64,000 bases of DNA. Origin: Squalus acanthias (Eukaryota). The DNA is taken from assembly GCA_030390025.1 (NCBI GenBank), contig CM059432.1, positions 119,910,001 to 119,974,000 on the forward strand, in the 5' to 3' direction. Shown here in pieces: positions 13,114 to 25,325 of this stretch. The position numbers were made by a program, and so were the translations under genes. Under the pieces are notes generated by a model that was not told the DNA's origin, did no database searches, and saw only the letters and a list, made by a program, of their open reading frames with translations. Each line of letters opens with the position of its first letter. The stretch's first letter is position 1.

Positions 13114-14590
13114 CGGTGTTCACTGTGACGAGTTGCAGGACAGTGCTGTACCCGGCAAGTGGCAGGAGGCCCTCGCCGCATGTATTCCGTGCCATGTGGA
13201 GGGAGGTAGCACAGCACGTCTCAGACAGCACTGTGGTCCCCAGGACTCGCACACAGTGCAGGAAGAAATTTAACGACCTCACACGGGTCGTCGGGGTGAG
13301 TAAATGCTTCAAGAAATGCTACATACCACCATCTGAACCACAGTCTTCACTCACTGCCCAAAGCACCACACCCCCAGCACTCACCCACCAACAATCTCTA
13401 ACTACCAACACTCACACCTTGCACATAATGACAGCTATATCACCCAAATACATTGCTCCACACTCACTCACACACTTTCCTTTCTCTTGCAGGGCAAGGT
13501 TGCTCACAACAGGAGGGAACAGGAGTGCACAGGCGGGGGACAAGCCGACACCCAACCACTGTTTGCACTGGAGAATAGAGAGCTGCAGATTATTGGGTGC
13601 CAGGTGGTGGACGCCATGTCCGCCGGTGATGTTGACCCCCTTGGGGACAACAACGGTATGTTCATCCCTACTCCTTCTTCTCACATCCCACTTCCACCTC
13701 ACCCCACAAGCGTTTCACACTTTCCAGCTAATCGTGCTGTATGCATGCATTTCTCCCTTCCTGCCCCCCTCCCCTCACCTTAATCACAGAATCCCCACAG
13801 TACAGATAGAGGCCATTTCGGCCCATCGAGCCTGCACCGACACATATCCCACCCGATCCCCGTAACCCCACGTATTTAATCCCCCTAACACTAAGGGTCA
13901 ATCTATCATAGCCAAATCAACCTAACCCGCACATCTTTGGACTGTGGGAGGAAACCGGAGCACCCAGAGGAAACCCACGCAGACACGGGGAGAATGTGCA
14001 AACTCCACACAGACAGTCACCCGTGGCCAGATTCGAACCCGGGTCCCTGGCGCTGTGAGGCAACAGTGCTAACCACTATGCCACCATGTTAACCTGACTC
14101 TTGTGCCTTTATTCTTTCAGATAATGAGCAAGCCCCTGAGCAGCCTATCCCTGAGGGCACCGTCGACCGGAGCTTTCACAGGGTCGCAGCAGGCCAGCAA
14201 TCTATGCTGCAACAGATTGCGAGGGATGCTGAGGTGCTGCACCGGGGGAGTGGCAGTGGGTCAGTGGAGCAGGAACCTGCTGTCCTTTCTCAGGATGACA
14301 GCATTCCTGCTCCCACCACTGCCACTCCGCCATTGCACTTGTCGCTGCCTGTCATCCAGCCAGCCCAGACTGCTGCCGCCCATACTGAGGTGGTGCAGTC
14401 TACAGCCGGGCCTTCCAGGCCCAGAGCTGTTCGAGGGCGTCCTGCAAGGCCATCTGAAGTCTCCCGCATGGACACACAGCAGCCTTCCACCAGCCCTGCT
14501 GCAGCCACTGGGCCAACACTTCGTAGGAGCACTAGAGTAGACAAAGGCACTGTAACGAGAGGCACTAAAGGATTGCACAAGGGTAAATAG
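13114..14590 (+). pseudogene. Harbinger Myb/SANT-like gene (spliced, 5'-truncated)
   Basis: WREVAQHV...RTRTQCRKKFNDL followed by donor GTGAGT at 13296. Exon 13493-13655 (GKVAHNRREQECTGGG). Last exon from 14121 to the stop at 14590. Confidence 0.75.
13784..14086 (-). mobile_element. V-SINE (HE1-like, elasmobranch), in the Myb intron
   Basis: tRNA-like head on the minus strand (GGTGGCATAGTGGTTAGC...GGGTTCGAATC). V-domain reads GGAAACCGGAGCACCCAGAGGAAACCCACGCAGACACGGGGAGAA on the + strand. CR1-like tail. Confidence 0.82.
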
Positions 14591-14916
14591 CTAATATTTT
14601 TGGTGTAAACATGTGTGAACTAATTATTGATAAATTTATTAATTCAGTTTGGATTCTTTTGTGGTGTGTCTCATTTCAGCTTTGTGCTGTGATATGGCCT
14701 GTAACAGGAATGCAATGATGGGGATGTGGTGAGCAACGGGGATCTGGGGTTTAATTTATTGGAACTGCAGTCTGATGAGGCGATAACGGACCGCCCTTCC
14801 GGAAGTCCGATTAAGTGGTTTCCTCCCTCACTCCTGTTCCTCCTCCTCCTCCTCATCTTCTTCTTCCTCTTCCTCCTCCTCTCCCTCTTCCTCCTCCTCA
14901 GGTGGTCCTGCAATCC

Positions 14917-16939
14917 TGTGAAGGAATAAGCCATATAACCTATTCAGAAAAATACACCATTCTATGAAAGAATTCAGGCCTTATTAAAACATGACAAACT
15001 GGGTTTGGAAATCTAGAAACCTAACTATGAAAAAGCTGTGATAGCATTCTGGCTATTGAGATAAGATAGTTGTTGACACTGAATCAATAACCTTATTGAA
15101 ACAGAAGGTTAAAGGCTCCTGACAGGCTGACCTTTGGGAACCAGACAATGGTTCACCCTGTACAAGGTGTTCTTATTTACACTTCGTAAAGAAGCACAAA
15201 CATCTGCCTTCGTAAAAATGACATCAAGTAAAACACACCTGCCGTTACACCTTTTTTTATGGTAAACTCAGAACACCTAGAGAAGAGACATGGGGGAGAA
15301 ATTCAGTATCGCCCCATTTGGGGCGCAATTATCGGCCGGGTGCAAAGATTAGCGCCTGGCGCTAATTATCGCCTCCGACTGCAAACTTGACTTTTATCGC
15401 CCCTGGAGGTGATTGGAGCGCTAAATCAGGCGCTACACATCTGTCTTAAGGCGCAAAGGCCGAGGAGCAAGATGCTAACTCAGAGCGCTGGCGAATCTCA
15501 TGTGATGTTAGTCAGCAATGGAACACAGACACAATGGCGCCAGCCAGTTCTTAAAGGGGAGGGTTGATATTGCTCTCCATCCACATCCTGCTCATTGCAG
15601 CCTTGAATCTCGGCCTGGAGAGACCTCTGCATCAAATCTGCTGGAAAGAACAATGGAGAGGACCAGGGAAAGAGCTCAGAGTGCAGCCCCCACAGTCTCT
15701 TCTAAATCGATATAAGGAAGGGCAAATCAAAATGAACCTGCAAAGTGCTGCTCAGTACCCAAAACTCCTTCACACAGCATTGAATCTTTCCAGAAGTCTC
15801 TCTCTCTCTCTCTCTCAGAAAGCGTGGTTCAAAAATGTCACCAACAATAAAAGGCAGGAAGCAGTCACCTTTAAATAGCACTCCCCCAGTCCCTTCCTGA
15901 CTGCAAAACGCTCCCCTCAACCTGTCGTTGCTAGCGGCAGGCGGTAAGGCAGGGGGCGCCACTCAATATCCGCTCCGGGGCGCTACTGGGGCGTTGCGCA
16001 CTCGACTGATGTCACGATCTGCCGGCGCAGGAGATCGTGGCGGTATTGTTTAGCGCTGCCGCAAAATGTCTAGTTAATTTCACGAGCGGCGCAAACATCG
16101 CTGCGCCGGGCACCAGTTGCTTTGCGCCCCATTAGCGCCCTCTTAAGGCGCTAATGGGAGGCGCAACCAACTGAATTTTTCCTCCATAATTCTGTAATGC
16201 TACCAGCTGAGGTGTCTGTAAGAATTGCAGGGGTCAGCGGAAAAATGACTAGAGATAATTAGCTTACATCAGCAGAAAACCTTAAAGGAAATACCACTGG
16301 AAAAGGGTATAAATATTGAACTCTCAAATGGGATAGTAGACTCGCTGTAAAGGGGCAAATCGATTATCGGCTTCAGAGGCGGCTCTGTAAGTCTCCAACT
16401 CTTTGTACCTCGGGGATCAAAGGCACTGTATTTTATTTTGGTGGATATCCTATAGAAAACTAAGAACTGTAAAACTGTAGCGAAGTTAAGATTTGAGAGT
16501 AGGTTCTCTGATAATAGAATTGTAAGCTTTCTCTTTTTGGAACTGTTAATGTTGTGATTGACTCACTAACTGTAAATTACATGTCGGTTCTTTAATAAAT
16601 CTATATATTTTAGAATTGTCTCACATAAGACTTCTGTATCAAACTCGCGAACTCAATCTCTGTACACTCTTTGGTGAGGAGAATTCTGAGGGAGTTTTCC
16701 GGACCCTCATAATATCCGGAACATTACAGTCTCGCTAAACTTATTAAAAGTGCTATCTGGAGGACAGTAACATTTTCAGGTTGTTCGTTTCCTTTAGGGA
16801 GAGATGGTCCAGACCTTTAGATCCAATTAAGCACCTTTAGGATTCGGCTACCTCAAACTTTAGTTGAAAGTGAACGTCTGAGGAATACGCCAGATCCGGG
16901 GTAGCCTTAAAGGGGCTAGGACTAGTAATTATCCCTTCA
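14917..16939 (+). mobile_element. Solo LTR (about 1.13 kb after removing the nested MITE)
   Basis: Termini TGTGAAGG...CCCTTCA. 4-bp TSD ATCC at 14913-14916 and 16940-16943. TATAAA near 16308 and AATAAA near 16594. Confidence 0.8.
15292..16185. mobile_element. Non-autonomous Harbinger-type MITE, nested in the solo LTR
   Basis: TIRs GGGGGAGAAATTCAGT / GGAGGAAAAATTCAGT. Inverted homolog of 41447-42338. TSD not clean. Confidence 0.8.
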
Positions 16940-17059
16940 ATCCCTGGTGGCAAGGGCTGGGCCCTCATGGTGGCCAAGTTGCAGCAGACCACTACGAATT
17001 GGGGCACCCGCTCAGCCGAGTACTGGAGGGCTCCTCCCGAGCGGTTAAGGCAGCAGAAC

Positions 17060-20000
17060 AGTAGCATAGTGGTAATGTCACTGGGCTAGTAATCCAGAGG
17101 CCTGGATTAATAATCCAGAGATGCGAGTTCAAATCCCACCACGGCAGCTGGGAAATTTAAATTCAGTTAATTAAATAAATCTGGAATAAAAAAACTAGTA
17201 TCAGTAATGATAACCATGAAACTATCGGATTGTCGTAAAAACCCATCTGCTTCACTAATGTCCTTTAGGGAAGGAAATCTGCCGTCCTTACCTGATCTGG
17301 CCTACATGTGACTCCAGACCCACAACAATGTGGTTGACTCTTAACTGTCCTCTGAAATGGCCTTGTAAGTCACTCAGTTGTAACTAACCGTTACGGAATA
17401 CAATAAGAATGAAACCGGACGGACCACCCGGCATCGACTTCGGCACCGGCTACGGACACGGGAATGGCACACCCAGCCCAGTCAACCCTGCAATGTCCTC
17501 CTCACCAACATCTGGGGACTTGTGCCAAAATTGGGAGAGCTGTCGCGCAGACTAGTCAAGCAACACCCTGACATAGTCATACTCACAGAATCATACCTTT
17601 CAGCCAATGTCCCAAACTCCTCCATCACCATCCCTGGGTATGTCCTGTCCCACCGGCAGGACAGACCCACCAGGGGTGGTATACAGTTGGGAAGGAGTGG
17701 CCCTGGGAGTCCTCAACATTGATTCCAGGACCCCATGAAGTCTCATGGCTTCAGGTCAAGCATGGGCAAGGAAACCTCCTGCTGATTACTGCCCTCCCTC
17801 AGCTGATGAATCAGTACTCCTCCATGTTGAACACCACTTGGAAGAAGCACTGAGAGTAGCAAGGGCACAGAATGTACTCTGGGTGAAGGACTTCAATGTC
17901 CATCACCAAGAGTGGCTCGGTAGCACCACTGCTGGCCGAGTCCTGAAGGACATAACTGCCAGTCTGGGCCTGCGACAGGTGGTGAGAGAACCAACACGAG
18001 GGAAAAACCTACTTGACCTTGTCCTCACCAATCTACCTGTCGCAGATGCATCTGTCCATTGGTAGCAGTGACCATTGTGGAGACGAAGTCCCGTCTTCAC
18101 ACTGAGGACACCCTCCATCGTGTTGTGTGGCACTACCACTGTGCTAAATGGGATAGATTCAGAACAGATCTAGCAGCTCAAAACTGGGCATCCATGAGGC
18201 GCTGTGGGGCAGCAGCAGATTTATATTGAACCACAGTCTGTAACCTCATGGCCTGGCATATCCCTCACTCTACCATTATCACCATGCCAGGGGACCAACC
18301 CTGGTTCAATAAGGAGTGTAGAAGAGCATGCCGGGAGCAGCACCAGGTGTATCTAAAAATGAGGTGCCAACCTGGGGAAGCTGCAACACAGGAGTACATG
18401 CATGCTAAAAAGTGGAAGCAGCACGCTATAGACAGGGCTAAGCGATCCCACAATCGACGGATCAGATCAAAGCTCTGCAGTCCTGCCACATCCAGTCATG
18501 AATGGTGGTGGATCATTAAACAACTAACGGGAGGAGGAGGCTTCATGAATATCCCCATCCTCAATGATGGTGGAGCCCAGCACATGAGTGCAAAAGACAA
18601 GGCTGAAGCGTTTGCAGCCAGAAGTGCAGAGTGGATGATCCGTATCGGCCTACTCCCGAGGTCCCCACCATCACAGAAAGTAGTCTTCAGCCAATTCAAT
18701 TCACTCCACGTGATATCAAGAAACGGCTGAGTGCACTGGATACAGCAAAGGCTATGGGCCCTGACAAAATCCTGGCTCTTGTGCTCCAGAACTAGCCGCG
18801 CCTCTAGCCAAGCTGTTCCAGTACAGCTACAACACTGGCATCTATCCAACAATGTGGAAAACTGCCCAGGTATGTCCTGTCCACAAAAAGCAGGACAAAT
18901 CCAACCCGGCCAATTACCACCCCATCAGTCTACTCTCAATCATCAGCAAAGTGATGGACGGTGTCATCGACAGTGCTATCAAGTGGCACTTGCTCACAGA
19001 TGCCCAGTTTGGGTTCTGCCAAGACCACGCGGCTCCCGACCTCATTACAGCCTTGGTCCAAACATGGACAAAGGAGCTGAATTCCAGAGGAGAGGTGAGA
19101 GTGACTGCCCTTGACATCAAGGCAGCATTTGACCGAGTGTGGCATCAAGGAGCCCTAGTAAAACTGAAGTCAATGGGAATCGGGGGGAAAATGCTCCACT
19201 GGCTGGAGTCATACCTAGCACAAAGGAAGATGGTTGTGATGATTGAAGGTCAATCATCACAGCTGCAGGAGTTCCTCAGGGCAGTGTCCTAAACCCAACC
19301 AACTTCAGCTGCTTCATCAATGACCTTCCCTCCAACATAAGGTCAGAAATGGGGATGTTCGCTGATGACTGCACAGTGTTCAGCGCCATTCACAAGTGCC
19401 AGGCAATGGCTATCTCCAACAAGCGAGAGTCTAACCACCTTCCCTTGACATTCAATGGCATTACCATCGCCAAATCCCCCACCATCAACATCCTGGGGGT
19501 CACCATTGACCAGAAACTTAACTGGGCCAGCCACATAAATACTGTGGCTACAAGAGCAGGTCAGAGGCTAGGTATTCTGCGGCGAGTGTCTCACCTCCTG
19601 ACTCCGCAAAGCCTTTCCACCATTTACAAGGCACAAATAAGGAGTGTGATGGAATACTCTCCACTTGCCTAGATGAGTGCAGCTCCAACAGCACTCAAGA
19701 AGCTCGACACCATCCAGGACAAAGCAGCCCATTTGATTGGCACCCCATCCACCACCTTAAACATTCACTCCCTCCACCACCGGTGTACCGTGGCTGCAGT
19801 GTGTACCATCTACAAGATGCACTGCAGCAACTCGCCAAGGCTTCTTCGGCAGCACCTCCCAAACCCGTGACCTCTTCCACCTAGTAGGACAAGGGCAGCA
19901 TGCGCATGGGAACACCACCATCCTGACTTAGAAGTATATCGCCGATCCTTCATCGTCGCTGGGTCAAAATCCTGGAACTCCCTACCTAACAGCACCGTGG

Positions 20001-20133
20001 GAGTACCTTCCCCACACGGACTGCAGAGCTTCAAGAAGGTGGCTCACCACCACCTTCTCAAGGGCAACTAGGGATGGGTACTAAATGCTGCCATTGCCAG
20101 CAACGCCCAGATCCCATAAGTGAATTAAAAAAA
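17060..20133 (+). mobile_element. tRNA-headed non-LTR retrotransposon (CR1/L2-group EN+RT, no ORF1 visible), decayed
   Basis: A box TAGCATAGTGG and B box GAGTTCAAATCC at the 5' end. EN motifs ILTES, DFNVHH and LDLVL; RT motifs PISLLS, LDIKAAFDRVWH and FADD; A-rich tail. TSD AGAAC at 17055-17059 and 20134-20138. Confidence 0.82.
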
Positions 20134-21523
20134 AGAACCATTGCTTCAGCGGGCCGATGGTCTGCTCGATGATGTTCCTGGTGTCAGTAAGGTTGTCATT
20201 ATATGAGTGCTGGGCAGGATTGTTGGGGTTGCGGAGGGGAGTCATGAGCCAGGTGGAGAGCGAATAGCCCTTGTCTCTGAGCAACCAGCCGCGAGCTTCA
20301 CGTGGTGGCTGGAAGAGTGCTGGCGCAGGACGTAGGTATCATGGCTGCTGCCAGGAGAGCGAGCATTCACATTGAGGATTCGCTGTGCATGGTCGCACAC
20401 CAACTGCACATTAAATGTGTGGTAGCCTTTGCGGTTCCCGAAGATGTCAGGATTGTTATGCGGTGCCCATAAAGCCACATGAGTGCAGTCAATGGCGCTC
20501 TGCACCATGGGGAATCCTGCTCTCCTGGCAAAGCAACATGCACACTCGTCCTGCTTCTCTTTGGTGATGGGGAAGGAAATGTAATCCCTTCTCCTACTGT
20601 AGAGAGCCTCTGTAACCTCCCGAATACAGCGATGGACGGCGAACTGCGAAATTTTAGCTGTGTCTCCTGTTGTCGACTGGAAGGATGTGCTGGCGAAGTA
20701 ATTGAGGGCGACAGTAACCTTGACTGCCACTGGGAGAGCCGTGGTCACCCTGATCTGAGGCTGGAGGTCTGGTTGCAGGAGGTGGCAGAGTTCTTTGACC
20801 ACCTCCTTGGTGAAGCAAGCCTTCTAATACACTGTTTCTCGCTTAATTGGAGGGTAAGGCCTCCTGTTGAGAGCCCTGATGGCCCTCCTCCTCCCTCTGG
20901 CCACATGTTCCACCCTTTCTCACTGCCTCCGCTCCCTCCACCGTAGATCCTGGAGGGTCAGGTCGACTGCCAATTCAATCCCCCTTAAAGTAAACCAAGT
21001 GTAGCAGTTTGATTTTTTAAAGAATAAATGTAGCTACTATTTAGTTCCCACAAAACACCTGATACAAAATAATCTTTAATTTACTGAATTAAACTGTTGC
21101 ACTATGTGAAACTGCCAATAAAGCACTGAAGCTCCACTAACCTATAGCTGCGACTCAATACTCATGACCCCTTTAAATAACGTCCCTGGAGCCGTTTTCT
21201 GGCTGCTTCATGCCAGCTCTCCCTGTTGCTGTTTGGTAGAGGCGCTAAGGTTGGTGGCGACAATCAATTTTGCAGATCGGGCGGCCAGTGAGTGTTGCAT
21301 GCTCACTGATGTCATGATCTGCCTGGCGTTGAAGTCTCCGGCAGTACCTCATTCGGCGGCACACTGGGGGGGGGTGGATTTGCCATGCAGCGTTGGATTC
21401 GCCTCGCCCCGGTGCTACTGCATCAGCACTCGTTAGTGCCATATGCTGACACTAGCGGGAAGCACTAAGGTACCAAATTATTACCCCTAAAAACCTTAAC
21501 AGGTTAATCACCATAGAGACTAA

Positions 21524-22296
21524 GGGGAAAATTTTAATATAGATGAGCCTGTGAGATTGGGTGCGGGTGGGGGGTTAAATTGGGAAAAATTCTGAGCATG
21601 TCGGGAAGCCGGCTCCAACCCGCCGATTAACGGGTTTTACGGAGAAGGACAAGGGGCGGGCAGTCAATCCCGCTCCCAGGAGGCGGGTTGGCATTTTAAA
21701 TATATTAATGAGGCTGGGAGACTCTGTTTTAACCTGCTTTGCAGGTTTAACCCTGGCTGGCTGGGTGTCCTGGGCCTCAGGAAAACCGACAGCTGAAGCG
21801 AGGCGAGGACAGCTTTGGGGAGGATGTAAGTTCTTTTACAGAACTGCTTGTGGGCCAGGAGGAGCAGCAGTGCTACCCCTGGCCTACCAAGCTCCCCCCA
21901 ACCCCCACATCAGATTCCCTCATACAAAGGCTCCCTGGGTTGGGGATGGAACCCCCTCCCCCTGGGGTTGGTAATCGGCTCCCCACACCTCAGATCAGAC
22001 ATCCCTCCCCCCGCCCCCACCACCACCACCAATCGCGGGGCTGGTGATCGAACACTCCTCGGGCTCTCCCCTCCCCCGGTGTCAGGGATTGGATCCCACC
22101 CCACCACGGGATTGGACCCCCGGGGTTGTGCATCGGATCTACCTCATCCTGCGGCCTCCTCTGGAGTGCTCCCTGCCTGACTGGAAGCCAAGCCTGTCAG
22201 GGTCAAAAGACGCATGCTGTGGAGTTTCCACAGCATGAGGGTATCCCGGACTTCCTGATCTCCTGTCCGAAATCGTCCCCTGTTAATATCCAAGCC
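21524..22296. mobile_element. Harbinger-type MITE
   Basis: Degenerate TIRs (GGGGAAAATTTTAA / GGCTTGGATATTAA). TAA on both sides (21521-21523, 22297-22299). Confidence 0.6.
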
Positions 22297-23179
22297 TAAA
22301 TGTCCCAGTAATTTTCATCATTCAGCATTGGTATCCATCACCTTGATAAATACGCTTTTATACACACACACACATATATAAATATACGTATATATAAACA
22401 TACACATACACAAATACATGCATAAATATAGACAAACATACATATAAACTGGTAGCCATACACTTATATGCAGCGAATTTACCCTTTGAACATTGTTTTA
22501 ACTATATTATTACTTCATTTCTGTATGAGCTAACTTTCAACTGCACAAGACCTGAATCTGTCACTAATTCTGCTCCTTGATTGCAGCTGAACAGGCACCC
22601 AGGATATCATGGAAGCAATTGCATTTCACTTTCTGTGAGAAATGAATACATGTAGCAGGAAGTCTCCAATTTAGTGACTGACATCATATAGCTGTAGGCC
22701 ACAATACAATTATCAATTTCTTGCTTCTAAAAGTGCTGTTATTAAGTCCACAGCAGTGTAGAATGTTCTGTCAGTGAAAACTCATTAATCTCCGTTTCTC
22801 TGAGATGCACAATACAGAGTTTTTTTTATTGAACCATGTGGTTTTTTAATGATAGTCCTATTAAAAACTGGCAACTCTTGCTTCCTCAAACAGAAACGGT
22901 AAATAATAGAGGACAAGTATCTCCACATTTCTTAAATTCTGGATGAAGCTAGTCACATTCATGCACAGTATTTCTTTTCAACTTGTCAAGTAAGCCCATT
23001 TTACATCAATTTAATCTCCAAATGTTCTACACAGTTTGCATAATAAAGATTGACTGGACAGGCTGTCTTGCTCACCATGGGGTGGTAATGATGTTCATAG
23101 TATGACACTCCCACTGTAAGTCATACAGTAGAAGTCTCCCATTGGATGGTGAGCAAACCATTCCTGTTATAAAGGCCTT

Positions 23180-23298
23180 CAACAACAACAGCAACAATAA
23201 CTTGCATGCATATAGCGCCCTTAACATAGGAAAACGTATCACAGAAGCATGTTAAGATAAAAATGGACGTCAAAGCAAAGAAGGAGATATTAGGAGGA
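23180..23298 (-). mobile_element. L2 LINE 3' end (continues at about 36526-36730 after the CR1 and provirus insertions)
   Basis: (CAA)n TTGCATGCATATAGCGCC tail. Junction TATTAGGAGGA / TATTAGAGGAG repeated on both sides of the insert. The distal part encodes [18 protein letters not shown]. Confidence 0.6.
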
Positions 23299-23716
23299 CT
23301 ACATACATAGGATATACGGCACAGAAACAGGCCATTCGGCCCAACCAGTCCATGCTGGTGTTTATGCTACACACGAGCCTCCTCCCGTCTTTCATCATCT
23401 AAATCTATCAGTATAACCCTCATATGCTTGTCTAGCCATCCCTTAAATGCATCTATACTATTCGCTTCAACCACTCCCTGTGGTAGCGAGTTCCACATTC
23501 TCACCACGCTTTGGTTTCTTCTGAATTCCCTATTGGATTTTTGGTGACTATCTTATATTGATGGCCTTATGCTGTTCCCCATAAGTGGAAACATTCTCTC
23601 TGTATCCACTCTATCAAAATTTTTCATAATTTTAAAGACCTCTATTTGGTCACCCTTCAGCCTTCCTTTTTCAAGAGAAAAAAGAACCAGCCTGTTCATC
23701 CTTTCCTGATATGTAT
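23299..23716 (-). mobile_element. CR1 3' fragment interrupted by the provirus (continues at 36305-36525)
   Basis: Homologous to 4265-4708. The right-hand part matches 4705-4715 and then 5191-5405. Confidence 0.85.
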
Positions 23717-25321
23717 TGTAGAATTCGCAATTATCGCGATTTCATTTTATTAAGGAGAAAACACAAGTTTCGTTCAAAACAGCTTTTATTTCAGCGGAAT
23801 GCTGTCAGGTTTAAATTGGACACAAGCAGCCTGTAAAATGGCCGCCGCACCGCGTGACAGAACATTCGAGACTTTTCGGCAGGCAGACAAGATGGCGTTC
23901 CATTAAACATTCTTGCAAGATCGATAACGATTCAGCACAGTGAAGACATTACACAGGACATTATGGGTTTACAGTATAAACATCGATACTGGAATCGGTC
24001 TCCCAGGTACAAAGGAAAGCCATCAAGGGCCCATCCAAAGGACATTAATATGTAAACTCCCAACGGCTCTACGATGAGAGAGCCGTTAGCAGGTAGTTAT
24101 GCAGGACATTTGGAAGCCCCAAACCCCTCCAGGGGGAACACCGACCGATTTAACAATGGGAGAAGTATTAACAGGTACTCAAACATTCAGGAGTAGCCCC
24201 GAAACCCATTAAAGACAGAGATCACCCATACAGGACTTTTTGGGCGCCAAACCTTAAACAAAAGAATGGACATTATAGTTGGGCGGGAAACGGAAGAACT
24301 GTGCACTATAATTGCAGGCCCAAACCGTCCATTCTGTCTCTTGATTCTTGCCTCTTGACTTGATTCTTGCTCCTGCCTCGTGTTCGTGACTCTTGCCGCT
24401 TGCTGCTGTTATCCTCGTGGCTGATCCTGGGTAAAAGACTGTTGCAAAGACCTATGTTGGTAGCTGGCAGCGGAACCGAAGGCCCGGGATGAGATGAGAT
24501 GAGATGAGATGAGAGGAGAAGAGAAGAAGACCTTATCCATCGCCACGGTCAGTAAATCCCGACCGCGCCTGTAGGTCGATCAGCCAAGTCTTCTTGACAA
24601 CGAAGTTTTCTTCTAACAAAACATATTGCATCGATGATAACTGGACTGTGCAAACACATCGTATCAGCGATATTGACAACGGTGTTCCACCATACCCTGT
24701 ATCCAACCAACAGAGGTCTTCACTACAGCGGACGGTCCAGCCGACTGACCGAGCAGCAGAAGCAGTAAACAAGTGGGACCAGGAGATCTCCTGACCAACA
24801 CGTGGGTGCTGCGGTGGAAAACATCCGATCAGCTATTCGGGATTTCTCCGAGTTATTACGAGTGGTGAGCATGAGTCTCGGGATCCTACGAAGCTAGTTT
24901 TAGGATAGTTATTGATAGGGGAGGGTTTAAATTAAGGATATTTGTAATGTGTGCCCTATTTACGTTGTGCTGGTCGTTCCTCGTTTCCCTAAGAGTGATT
25001 ATAACCGTTTGTAAGATTGTACTGTCATTAATCTGTGCATATGACATGTATTTCATAATTTTAAGTATCATGCAATAAAGATTTTCCATTTCGTACCGTT
25101 CAAACCAAGTCTACATGAGTTTTATCTCCATTACTGCTCTCGCATCTAAGTCCAGTGTCTAGAACCGTAAGGGAGAGTGATTCGAACCACTCACAGGGGT
25201 GTCTAGTGTTCCCAGACTGGCTGGAGACCAGGCCTAGACCCGCACTGACATACAGGCCGCACAGAGCCGCGTGAACCTCACAGGCTACGAGACACGCAGG
25301 GTCAGGAGAGTATCCCTTACA
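23717..25321 (+). repeat. 5' LTR (1605 bp)
   Basis: Direct repeat of 34700-36304. GC box at 24281, TATAAT at 24307, (GAGAT)n near 24487, AATAAA at 25074. Confidence 0.97.
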
Positions 25322-25325
25322 GAAA

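Larger units (their letters stand above)
14756..20950 (-). pseudogene. Harbinger transposase split into three pieces (20950-20134, 17059-16940, 14916-14756) by LINE and solo-LTR insertions
   Basis: IDCTH, NRKGYH and SSHD in 20242-20802; IIEQTIGPLKQWF|CCLNRSGGALQY; LATMRAQPLPPGI|AGPPEEEE acidic tail. The pieces rejoin across the TSDs. Confidence 0.82.
11383..21487. mobile_element. Rearranged PIF/Harbinger transposon (transposase-side end present at both termini), hosting nested CR1, V-SINE, solo LTR and LINE
   Basis: Ends GGGGAAAAAATCAGTACCTTAG (11383) and reverse complement GGGGTAATAATTTGGTACCTTAG (21487). 11383-13113 is an inverted homolog of about 20310-21487. Myb and transposase pieces lie inside. 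Confidence 0.75.

Noticed and set aside
15518..15878. ~100-aa ORFs shared between the MITEs at 15292 and 41447 as a captured gene
   Set aside because: The similarity is explained by both being copies of one MITE family. Overlapping frames are equally conserved, the stops differ, and no domain is recognisable.
17060..17145. Functional tRNA gene (also the heads near 14030-14086, 36740 and 44335)
   Set aside because: A and B boxes are present but there is no complete cloverleaf, and they are contiguous with SINE/LINE bodies.
24533..25089. Small ORFs inside the LTR (79, 66 and 67 aa; repeated at 35516-36072) as accessory or antisense genes
   Set aside because: They are short with no recognisable motifs, and their duplication simply reflects the LTR repeat. 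They cannot be supported without expression data.
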